Part shown: one piece after another, positions 56,412-64,000 of the stretch | Layout: every line of letters begins with the position of its first letter | Numbering within the stretch: position 1 is the stretch's first letter | Virus record (IMG/VR): IMGVR_UViG_3300001525_000522 | Coordinates: 26,015 to 90,014 of that record | DNA length: 64,000 nt | Strand: one strand, 5' to 3' | From: a virus | Taxonomy: Duplodnaviria > Caudoviricetes | The notes under the pieces: generated by a model | What the model was told of the DNA's origin: nothing | The model's input: the letters and a program-made list of their open reading frames with translations, nothing else | Databases searched by the model: none | Program-made: the position numbers and the translations under genes

Positions 56412-57338
56412 ATGAAAAAAGAAGTTTTGAGGTTATTCAATCAGGCAGAAAGTTTTAGAACCAATGAATCAAGAGGACTTGGTTTAAAAGACCTTTGTGA
56501 CAAAATGGCTTATGATGCAGGATGGCATACGGTTTATACTCCGGGAAATAGGTCTAAAATTAAAGATAAAGTTCATTATGACAGAGCTTTTAATGACATC
56601 TTATTTTTTGAACTTTTGAGCAGATTTAAAAAGCCTATAATAAAACAATTCGGAATTGCAGGCAGTTTAGATTCTGAAAAAACAGAAGAAAAGATTTATG
56701 ACGTGATTTTAAGATATATGTCTTCATACAACCCTGAAAAAGTAGTATCGAATTCTATGGTAACTGCAAGGATGGTAATGAGTATTCGTCAAAGAGCTAT
56801 AGAATGTAACTTTGAATCTAATACCATAAATTCTATTGACAGTTCTAAGGTAAATGTAAAAAATGAAAATGGAGAAATAATAGGTTTATATTGTTTATCT
56901 CCTAAAGGTTCCAGATACTTCACAGCATTTGATGGACATACGGTTGAAGAGGTGGAGAGAGTTGCAAAAGAACAAAAAATTCAGAAACCTGATTGGAGAT
57001 GCAGACAGTGCATAAGTCTTGAATCTACTATAAAAGTTGGTAAAAATCAAGATGAAAAATCTTTGGAAGATTATTTAGCTGCTGAGGACCAATATGAGAA
57101 AGCAGAATTCAAGGCAGACTATGAAAATGACATGGTTGACTTGGAAAATAAATATGCAAATAATGATTCTCAAAAAATTCTTTTAAGAATACTCATTGAT
57201 TTAGGAGAAAAAACATCTCCTGCAAAATTGTTAAATGAGTATTCCAAAGAAATTGGAAAACCTGCTGAGGATTGCAAGAAGGAAGTATTTTCTTTCTATA
57301 GAAAATTAAAAACTAGATTAGCCGCAGCTTACAATTAA
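56412..57338 (+). CDS. Phage RNA polymerase sigma factor (sigma70 family, tentative)
   Basis: Region-2-like IYDVILRYMSSYNPEK...TARMVMSIRQRAIE; region-3-like SLESTI...SLEDYL. Confidence 0.55.
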   Translation: MKKEVLRLFNQAESFRTNESRGLGLKDLCDKMAYDAGWHTVYTPGNRSKIKDKVHYDRAFNDILFFELLSRFKKPIIKQFGIAGSLDSEKTEEKIYDVILRYMSSYNPEKVVSNSMVTARMVMSIRQRAIECNFESNTINSIDSSKVNVKNENGEIIGLYCLSPKGSRYFTAFDGHTVEEVERVAKEQKIQKPDWRCRQCISLESTIKVGKNQDEKSLEDYLAAEDQYEKAEFKADYENDMVDLENKYANNDSQKILLRILIDLGEKTSPAKLLNEYSKEIGKPAEDCKKEVFSFYRKLKTRLAAAYN

Positions 57339-57367
57339 TTATAAAAAATTATTAAAATAACCTTAAG

Positions 57368-57400
57368 AATACAGTCAAGTTAACTATACTTGACTGTATT
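57368..57400 (+). terminator. Terminator hairpin
   Basis: AATACAGTCAAGT-N7-ACTTGACTGTATT. Confidence 0.8.
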
Positions 57401-57409
57401 TTATATTAT

Positions 57410-57658
57410 ATGAATAATTTAAAAGACTATAAAAATTTGAGACTTAAAATATATGAAAAAGATTTTAAAAATTTATCTAAACAGTTAAAACTTTTAGAGG
57501 CTTATATACTTACAGATGAGTATAATAATGAACCTATAAAAAATAAAGAATCATTAAATAATTTATTAAGAGCTTCTAGAGTTTATGCTGCAGCTTTAGC
57601 AGAATCCATAAATTTATTAAGAATAGATGAGGTATATGGAGGGCATAATGGCAAATAA
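57410..57658 (+). CDS. Hypothetical protein
   Basis: 82-aa ORF overlapping the loader start. Confidence 0.65.
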   Translation: MNNLKDYKNLRLKIYEKDFKNLSKQLKLLEAYILTDEYNNEPIKNKESLNNLLRASRVYAAALAESINLLRIDEVYGGHNGK

Positions 57659-58355
57659 ATGTTGGTTTGAGAAGGTTTGTGGTAAAAAATCAGAGATTTG
57701 TAATAATTGCAATGATTTAAGTAACTGTGTAAGATATAATCAAATGTACCTTCAAACAGTTCAAGCAAATATTCCAGGCATATTACCAATAAATCATCAA
57801 TTAGAGAGGCCTAAGGATCCTCAATCTCCTGATTGGGAAGTTTACAAAAATCTATATTTGTTAGATATGACAAAGTTTGTTAATGACGGAAAATCTATGG
57901 TTATTGAAGGAGATAATCATGGAAATGGAAAAACAACATTCGCAATTAAAAAGTTATTGGAATATTTGGCTACTCAATTAGGAAAGTCTGATTCAGGATA
58001 TTTTATGAATATGGTTCAAGTATTTACTGAAGTGAGGGAGGCCTTGATTAATAATATCTCACTTCAGTATGAAGATATTTTTACCAAGACAAGATTGTTG
58101 GTATTGGATGACATAGGACATAAAAAATACACTGAATTTGAAGAAAATTGGCTCTTAAGAATGCTTTCATTAAGACAAATGAGAGGTTTAGCAACGATAT
58201 ATACGATGACTTCTAAACCTAAAATTATAGATAATCATGAGTATAATTTAATAAATCTCATTGGAGATAGATTATATTCCAGAATTTATACAGGCTCTAC
58301 TCATTATTTTTTAGCAGAATGTGATAAGAGAGCTTGGCCAAAACCGGAGTTTTAA
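57648..58355 (+). CDS. DnaC/IstB-like helicase loader ATPase
   Basis: N-terminal Cys cluster, GDNHGNGKT, LLVLDDIG, IYTMTS, RLYSRI; start after GGAGG. Confidence 0.85.
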   Translation: MANKCWFEKVCGKKSEICNNCNDLSNCVRYNQMYLQTVQANIPGILPINHQLERPKDPQSPDWEVYKNLYLLDMTKFVNDGKSMVIEGDNHGNGKTTFAIKKLLEYLATQLGKSDSGYFMNMVQVFTEVREALINNISLQYEDIFTKTRLLVLDDIGHKKYTEFEENWLLRMLSLRQMRGLATIYTMTSKPKIIDNHEYNLINLIGDRLYSRIYTGSTHYFLAECDKRAWPKPEF

Positions 58356-58356
58356 T

Positions 58357-59589
58357 ATGACAGCAGAAACACAGGCAATAAATTATATTTTAGATAATGG
58401 AATATCTGGTTTTAAATCTGATTATTTTGTAGATTGTTTAGAACAATTTAATTTTTTAAAAGATTTTTCAGAGAAATATAATCAGCTACCAGATAAATTA
58501 ACATTTATAGATAAATATCCTGATTTCAAAATTTTTGTAGTTCATGAACCTAGAGATGCTATTATTCCTAGACTCAAGGAAGAGGTATTTGCTAAAAAGT
58601 TAATTCCATTATATAATAAATGTTCTGACATGATAGCTGATGGAGATTCTATAACTGCAGCAAATCTTTTAGCAGATAAAATCACTCAGATAAAACAAAC
58701 TCTGGCAGATACTACTTCTGCAGTAGACATAACAGACTATAATTATAAAATAAGTGAATACAAAAAATTAAAAGATGGCCTAGTTTTAATGAAAACAGGT
58801 TTTCAAGAATTAGATGATTTATTTGGAGGTTGGTCCAATGAGGATTTAGTTGTAATCTTTGCAAGATTAGGCGTAGGAAAATCTTGGATAGCCATAAGAT
58901 ATGCATATGAATTAGTGAAACAAGGTAAAAGAGTTGGTTTTTACGCTGGTGAGATGGCTCCAGAAAAATTATCATTGAGGCTCGATTCATTTAATACAGG
59001 CACATCAAACTTTTCATTGTTAATGGGAAAATTGACTGAGGAAGATTATTCAGATGTTGCAAAAAGTTTGTCAAATCTTCCAGGAAAATTATTAGTGTTG
59101 ACCCCTCAGCAATTAGGAAACTCAGCTTCTGTAGAAGATATAAAAGCATTTATTGAATCAGAGAGATTAGATGCGATATTTATAGACCAAATATCGTTGA
59201 TGAGACGTGATGGCAGAAAATCTACACATGACGCAATATCTCAAATAGCAAATGATTTAAGAATTCTACAGTCAATAGAACACATACCAATGTTTATAGT
59301 ATCTCAACAAAACAGGTCTTCTTTACAGGATAAAGAGGTAGGTGCAGAGCATATAGCTCAGTCAGATGATATTGGTCAGAATGCGACTATAGCGATTGCC
59401 TTAGAATATGATAAAGCTACCAAGGTTCTTACTCAAAATATAGTAAAATCAAGAAATTCATCAGTAGCAAAATTTCAGTATATTTGGGATATAGATAAAG
59501 GCAAAATGCAATATATTCCTCATGAAGATTCTGTGGTAGACACCAAAGACACAACTGAGTATGGTGATGTCGGGAGTAAATTATTTTGA
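58357..59589 (+). CDS. dnaB: DnaB-like replicative helicase
   Basis: TGFQELD, ARLGVGKS, GEM, IFIDQI, VSQQNR, SDDIGQNA, VKSRN. Confidence 0.92.
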   Translation: MTAETQAINYILDNGISGFKSDYFVDCLEQFNFLKDFSEKYNQLPDKLTFIDKYPDFKIFVVHEPRDAIIPRLKEEVFAKKLIPLYNKCSDMIADGDSITAANLLADKITQIKQTLADTTSAVDITDYNYKISEYKKLKDGLVLMKTGFQELDDLFGGWSNEDLVVIFARLGVGKSWIAIRYAYELVKQGKRVGFYAGEMAPEKLSLRLDSFNTGTSNFSLLMGKLTEEDYSDVAKSLSNLPGKLLVLTPQQLGNSASVEDIKAFIESERLDAIFIDQISLMRRDGRKSTHDAISQIANDLRILQSIEHIPMFIVSQQNRSSLQDKEVGAEHIAQSDDIGQNATIAIALEYDKATKVLTQNIVKSRNSSVAKFQYIWDIDKGKMQYIPHEDSVVDTKDTTEYGDVGSKLF

Positions 59590-60521
59590 TTAAAGCCTTT
59601 GGAAAAGTTTATGAAGTAGACATTGAAAATCTTATTGAAATTCTTGGAGGTTTGTTTAACTTTAAGAAATTACATAGACGTGGAGATGAGTATTTTCTCT
59701 GTTGTCCATTTCATGCACACGGTGAAGAAAGAACTCCTTCAGCATCTTTTAAATTAACTGGAGAAGATGCAGGAACTTTCTATTGTTTTGGTTGTAAAAC
59801 CAAAGGTTCATTATCTGGAATACTCACCAAACTTTTTCAATCTAGGCAAAAAGCGAAATTATGGTTGTCAGAAAATTTTAAGAGTGTTGATGTAGACCAA
59901 AAAAGAATTGTAAATAAAATAAAACCTGAACTTCCAGGAATTAGCCAGGTTTATGATTTGCCTTTAAGTTTATTAGATAATTATACTAATTATTTTAATA
60001 AAAGAGGCATACCTGATGAATTAGTAAAAAAGTATCGGTTAATGTATTCAGAACAAAGGAATGCTGTAATATTTCCAGTTTGGGAAGATAATTCTATAAT
60101 ATTTTATCAGGTACGATATATAAATCATGAAAAAGGTTTGAAATGGTATATTCCTAAAGATGCTAAAGCTAGGGTATTTGGAAAAGAATTTATTACTGGA
60201 GGAACAGTATATATTTGTGAATCATGCTTTAATGCTCTTACATTAGAAAAATTTGGATATCAAGCATGTGCGATGTTTGGTGCTAGATTCGATGATACTA
60301 AATATGAGTTATTGGAATTACCATCGAAAAGATTTATAATAGCCTATGATGGAGATGATGCAGGCAGAAAAAATGCAAAAGACCTTGCAAAGTTTTTACG
60401 AGATAATCATAAATTGGTTGAGATATTAAAAATGCCTGATAAGAAAGATATAAATGATTATGCAAATCTAACTCAAGAAGAGTTTGATAATAAAATTTTA
60501 GAATGGAGAGGAAGATTATGA
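59586..60521 (+). CDS. dnaG: DNA primase (CHC2 zinc finger + Toprim)
   Basis: CPFH...ERTPS...FYCFGC; CES.FNALT; AYDGDDAG; KDIND. Confidence 0.92.
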   Translation: MIKAFGKVYEVDIENLIEILGGLFNFKKLHRRGDEYFLCCPFHAHGEERTPSASFKLTGEDAGTFYCFGCKTKGSLSGILTKLFQSRQKAKLWLSENFKSVDVDQKRIVNKIKPELPGISQVYDLPLSLLDNYTNYFNKRGIPDELVKKYRLMYSEQRNAVIFPVWEDNSIIFYQVRYINHEKGLKWYIPKDAKARVFGKEFITGGTVYICESCFNALTLEKFGYQACAMFGARFDDTKYELLELPSKRFIIAYDGDDAGRKNAKDLAKFLRDNHKLVEILKMPDKKDINDYANLTQEEFDNKILEWRGRL

Positions 60522-60724
60522 CTAACAAGGAAAGACAGAGATCGTTGGACAAAAAGAAGTGGTACTAAAGTATTGCTAAAGGTTCTGACCAAAGTGGAAA
60601 GATGATTTATTGCGAATTTTGTAATAAGTGTGATGAAGGCTTTGGAGTATGCAGAGCGGACCAGTATGCTAGGGAACATAACACTATTTGTGCTACAGCT
60701 TTTAATAGGATGAAAAGAAGATGA
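60518..60724 (+). pseudogene. Small Cys-rich gene with one in-frame TAA at 60566
   Basis: MTNKERQRSLDKKKWY*SIAKGSDQSGKMIYCEFC...CATAFNRM reads as one continuous protein. Confidence 0.55.
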
Positions 60725-60888
60725 GACATGCTCCATGTAAAGATTGCCCAGATAGAAAGGTTGATTGTCATTCTGAATGTGAAAAATATAAACAGTTTTC
60801 AGAAGAAAGAAAATCTATTTCTAGAATGAGAATAGAGGAACACGTTTCAAGACCTGCACGTCATCAGAAAAAGAGGAGGCCTTGGTAG
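60721..60888 (+). CDS. Small Cys-rich protein (55 aa, not in the ORF track)
   Basis: PCKDCPDRKVDCHSECEKYK; ATGA overlap. Confidence 0.7.
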   Translation: MRHAPCKDCPDRKVDCHSECEKYKQFSEERKSISRMRIEEHVSRPARHQKKRRPW

Positions 60889-60901
60889 AGTATAATATAT
60901 T

Positions 60902-62371
60902 ATGAGAAGAATAAAGAAAATTTCTGCTAAAAATGATAAAAAGATAGAAGACCTGTTAGGTTTGGTAGATTTAGGAAAGGTAGAACAAATAAAACAATCT
61001 TCAGGATTATTCCAGTCTGTTAATGATGTTCTTAGAAAATATAAAGGTTTTCCTAGAGTAATTTGGGCAGATGGTATAGATGAATATTTCGATAAGTGTT
61101 ATAGAAATACAATAGTAGCCATCGATACAGAAACAGATAATTCAGTAGATCCGAGAACAGCTGTAATGGTAGGTCTTTGTTTATTTACTCCATATAGCAG
61201 GCCTGTATATATTCCAGTAAATCATTATGATAGCATTACCTTACAAAAAATTCCAAATCAAGTAAGCATAGAAAAATTATCTGAAAAAATTCAAGGTTTT
61301 ATAGACAATCAGTGTTTTTGTATTTATCATAATGCAAAGTTTGACGTAAATGTAATAGATACAAATTATGGTATAAGGCTTCCAATTTCCTGGGATACTA
61401 TGATTGCTGCTAAAGTTTTAAATGAAAATGATATTTCTGCAGCTCTTAAATATGTATATGTAAAATATATAGAACCTGCTCAGCCTACCTATAATATAGC
61501 AAATTTATTTACTGAGAATAAGACTGCTCCAATAGATGGCTTTGCTTTATATTCTGCAATAGACCCATATGATACTTATAAATTATATTTAATGCAAAAG
61601 AAGACTTTAGAATCTCCTACAATGCAAAAGTTGTATCATTTATTAGTAGATTTGGAATTTAAGATAACTGAAATAGCTGCTGAAATGGAACAAGAAGGTG
61701 CACTTTTTGATAAAGATTTAGCAGAAAAATATTTAGATAAATATACTAAAATAGTAAAAGAAAAACAGGATAAAATAAGTGAATTTTTCAAGCCTTTATT
61801 AAATAAACCAGATTTTAAACTGCAGGAATGGCCAATAAATGTATCTTCAGCAGACCAGGTAGTTTCAGCTTTAAATGCAATGGGAATATCTTGTGAGGAT
61901 TCTCAAGAACCCACGCTATCTGCTTTAAGCAGGGTTTATCCAATATGTAAAACTATATTAGAATGCAGAAGCGCCAATCATATGTTAACCTCATTCTTTA
62001 GACCATATCTTGAAATGATAAATCCTAAAACTGGAAGACTTCATGCCAATTTTAATCAACTAGGTTCTGAAGATAAAACAATTAAGACTGGTCGTTTTAG
62101 CTGTCAGTCACCAAATTTACAACAATTGCCAGCATTTGATGATAGTGTTCGTTTATGTTTTAGAGGAACAGATATAAATGAAACTTTAAAATTTGAAGAT
62201 GAGTTGAATCTTTTTGAATACGATGAAATTGAAACTGACAGAGGATTTAAGTATGTGAAAGATTTGGAAGTGGGCAATTTGTTAGTTAATTCAGAAAATG
62301 AAGGTATTTTCTATAAAATAATTTCATTAAAAGTATCGAATAATCATATAAAAGTAGGTGTAGAAATTTAG
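60902..62371 (+). CDS. polA: Family A DNA polymerase, N-terminal part (3'-5' exonuclease + thumb) with C-terminal Hint-like segment
   Basis: AIDTET, HNAKFD, YSAIDP, GRLHANFNQ, TGRFSCQSPNLQQLP; ends before motif A. Confidence 0.9.
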   Translation: MRRIKKISAKNDKKIEDLLGLVDLGKVEQIKQSSGLFQSVNDVLRKYKGFPRVIWADGIDEYFDKCYRNTIVAIDTETDNSVDPRTAVMVGLCLFTPYSRPVYIPVNHYDSITLQKIPNQVSIEKLSEKIQGFIDNQCFCIYHNAKFDVNVIDTNYGIRLPISWDTMIAAKVLNENDISAALKYVYVKYIEPAQPTYNIANLFTENKTAPIDGFALYSAIDPYDTYKLYLMQKKTLESPTMQKLYHLLVDLEFKITEIAAEMEQEGALFDKDLAEKYLDKYTKIVKEKQDKISEFFKPLLNKPDFKLQEWPINVSSADQVVSALNAMGISCEDSQEPTLSALSRVYPICKTILECRSANHMLTSFFRPYLEMINPKTGRLHANFNQLGSEDKTIKTGRFSCQSPNLQQLPAFDDSVRLCFRGTDINETLKFEDELNLFEYDEIETDRGFKYVKDLEVGNLLVNSENEGIFYKIISLKVSNNHIKVGVEI

Positions 62372-62752
62372 ATGAGAATTACAAGAGCCGCTGATGAACA
62401 AGCTCAAAGAAGAGCAGATGCCATAATTACTTGTATGGACCTAGGAGATTTGTTTATTCAGCATTTTCATAAATTGTATAAAGAAGGTAAATCATCTGAT
62501 TCATTTTATCATCATTGCATGGAAATGCAAGCTTGGCTAGATAAATGTAGAAAAATAAAATTGCAGTCTACTAAAAAATATCTTACTTCTGAAAATCTAA
62601 TTGATTGGTTTTTTACTGCTGGAGGTTTAGTAGATGGAGACAATGGTTTTATAGACCAAGATGAAATAGAATCTTATAATAATTTAATAATAAAATTGGC
62701 AACAGATAGAGATTCTAAAGTATTTGACATTGTGAAAAGTGTAATATTTTAA
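62372..62752 (+). CDS. Hypothetical protein between the polymerase halves (DUF29-like, tentative)
   Basis: LFIQHFHKLY...HH..EM..WL pattern. Confidence 0.7.
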   Translation: MRITRAADEQAQRRADAIITCMDLGDLFIQHFHKLYKEGKSSDSFYHHCMEMQAWLDKCRKIKLQSTKKYLTSENLIDWFFTAGGLVDGDNGFIDQDEIESYNNLIIKLATDRDSKVFDIVKSVIF

Positions 62753-62782
62753 TATATAAATTAATTAAAGGAGGTGATTTAA

Positions 62783-64000
62783 GTGAGTAGGTTTGTTCAT
62801 ATTAGAAGACATAATTGTATAATAGGTTCAGATTATTCAGCACAGGAACCTAGGTTGACTTCATCTGTATCAGGTGAAAAAGCTTTAATAGATGGGTATA
62901 ATCTTAGAAATGAGGAGTTTCCTAGAGGAAAAGATTATTATTCACAGTTAGCTTCAGCTGCATTCAATAAACCATATTGGGAATGCACTGAATTTAGAAA
63001 ACCAACTAAAATAGAAGATTTTTTGACAATAGTTCCTGAAGATTATTATATTACTTTAGAGAATGGAAAGACAGAGCTTGCCAAAAAGGTTGAGATAGGT
63101 CAGAAGGCTGTAGGAAAAACTGGGTTAGTTTTAATCAATAAAAAAGAATCAGATAATGGTGAAATAAAGTTTAACGATGGAGCAGATTTTATTAAAGCTT
63201 ATTATTATAAGCAAGGAGAATTTAATGCAGAAGGTAAAGCTTTAAGGGCAAGGGCTAAGGGTGTACAATTAGGAGTTGTATATTCAATGGGTGCAGCTAC
63301 ATTATCTAGGCAGATTGGAGTGGAATTGGATGAGGGCAAAAAAATCTTAGATGATTTCTTTTCTACTTATAAAGATATTGCCTATTGGAGAGAATTTAAC
63401 ATAAAGAAGATGAAGAATTATGGATTTATGGAAACTCCTTTAGGTCGTAGAAGAAGATTGCCTGATATATTCTTAAATCCTGTTGATGTAAAAGTATATG
63501 AAAATATTCCAGTAGATAATATTTTTCCTAACATTTTTACAGACCATATATCAATTCAAGATGTAGAACAATCTAAAGAAAAAACTAAGGAAATTTCTGA
63601 AATTAAGAATTGGAAGAAAAAAGAAAATTTAAAAGAAATGTATAAAAATATAGGATATTCCATAACAGATAATGGAGCATTTCTTTCTAGAGCAAATACA
63701 CAGTGTACCAATAGTGTAATACAGGGTGGAGCTGCAGACATGACTAAAATGGCCATGATAAAAATTTATAATAATCCTATATTGAAAAAATATGGAGCAA
63801 AATTAAGATTCTTGGTTCATGATGAAATTCTCATAGAAGCTCCGGTAGAACATAGAGCGGAAATTGAGAAAGAATTTATAAATTGTATGGTAACTGCACC
63901 TGAAAATATTTGTAAAGTAAAAATGATTTGTGATGCAGAATTAGAAACTAGATGGAAATTAGGTCATACTTGTGGTAAAATTAAAGAACTTTTTGATAAA
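62783..64000 (+). CDS. polA: Family A DNA polymerase, C-terminal part (runs off the window; not in the ORF track)
   Basis: GGAGGTG RBS + GTG; motif A DYSAQEPR, motif B RAKGVQLGVVYSMG, GRRRRLP, NSVIQGGAADMTK, motif C VHDE. Confidence 0.92.
   Translation, partial: MSRFVHIRRHNCIIGSDYSAQEPRLTSSVSGEKALIDGYNLRNEEFPRGKDYYSQLASAAFNKPYWECTEFRKPTKIEDFLTIVPEDYYITLENGKTELAKKVEIGQKAVGKTGLVLINKKESDNGEIKFNDGADFIKAYYYKQGEFNAEGKALRARAKGVQLGVVYSMGAATLSRQIGVELDEGKKILDDFFSTYKDIAYWREFNIKKMKNYGFMETPLGRRRRLPDIFLNPVDVKVYENIPVDNIFPNIFTDHISIQDVEQSKEKTKEISEIKNWKKKENLKEMYKNIGYSITDNGAFLSRANTQCTNSVIQGGAADMTKMAMIKIYNNPILKKYGAKLRFLVHDEILIEAPVEHRAEIEKEFINCMVTAPENICKVKMICDAELETRWKLGHTCGKIKELFDK

Noticed and set aside
10202-60724. 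Stop-codon reassignment suggested by in-frame TAA at 10247, 10271 and 60566 and a possible TTA anticodon at ~55143
   Set aside because: Major genes (capsid, sheath-region genes, ligase, recA) are intact under the standard code and many end in TAA; the tRNA-like anticodon arm is irregular
62171-62815. Group I or II intron interrupting polA
   Set aside because: No recognisable catalytic-core motifs; the interval is almost entirely coding, and part 2 has its own strong RBS. RT-PCR would be needed to exclude it formally
96-63756. Many minus-strand and short nested ORFs in the track (e.g. 96..461, 4068..4640, 21678..22457, 42681..43148, 63556..63756)
   Set aside because: They are antisense or out-of-frame shadows of well-supported genes, with Ser/Phe/Leu/Ile-biased composition and no RBS
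1-64000. Diversity-generating retroelement, retron, integrase or IS element
   Set aside because: No reverse transcriptase, integrase or transposase motifs and no template/variable repeat pair were noticed in this window

Overview
A 64-kb segment of a strongly AT-rich, probably lytic, contractile-tailed (myovirus-type) phage. A Firmicutes-like host is inferred from GGAGG Shine-Dalgarno sites and RecU, YopX and BspA-type genes. 1-33.7 kb: T4-like virion module (prohead protease/scaffold, gp23-like major capsid, neck, sheath, tube, tape measure, baseplate). It is interrupted by two Hef-like endonuclease genes (one degenerate), an accessory island, and small paralogues plus an ADP-ribosyltransferase-like protein that may be packaged in the head. 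33.8-35.9 kb: the only minus-strand block, including a gp55-like sigma candidate and a Mor-like protein. 36.2-64 kb: DNA metabolism (SNF2 helicase, Cas4-like nuclease, RecU, ligase, SbcCD, RecA, helicase loader, DnaB, primase, family A polymerase) and a ~1.6-kb tRNA/structured-RNA array. Top candidates for novelty: (1) a cytosine hypermodification pathway combining a T4 gp42-like dCMP hydroxymethylase, a dNMP-kinase/beta-glucosyltransferase-like fusion and UDP-galactopyranose mutase, pointing to furanosyl-sugar-modified cytosine; (2) a DNA polymerase split into two genes inside a small Hint-like module that also occurs intact in the second half; (3) several non-standard tRNA-like and large structured RNAs. 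All family assignments come from motif recognition by eye; no database searches were run.
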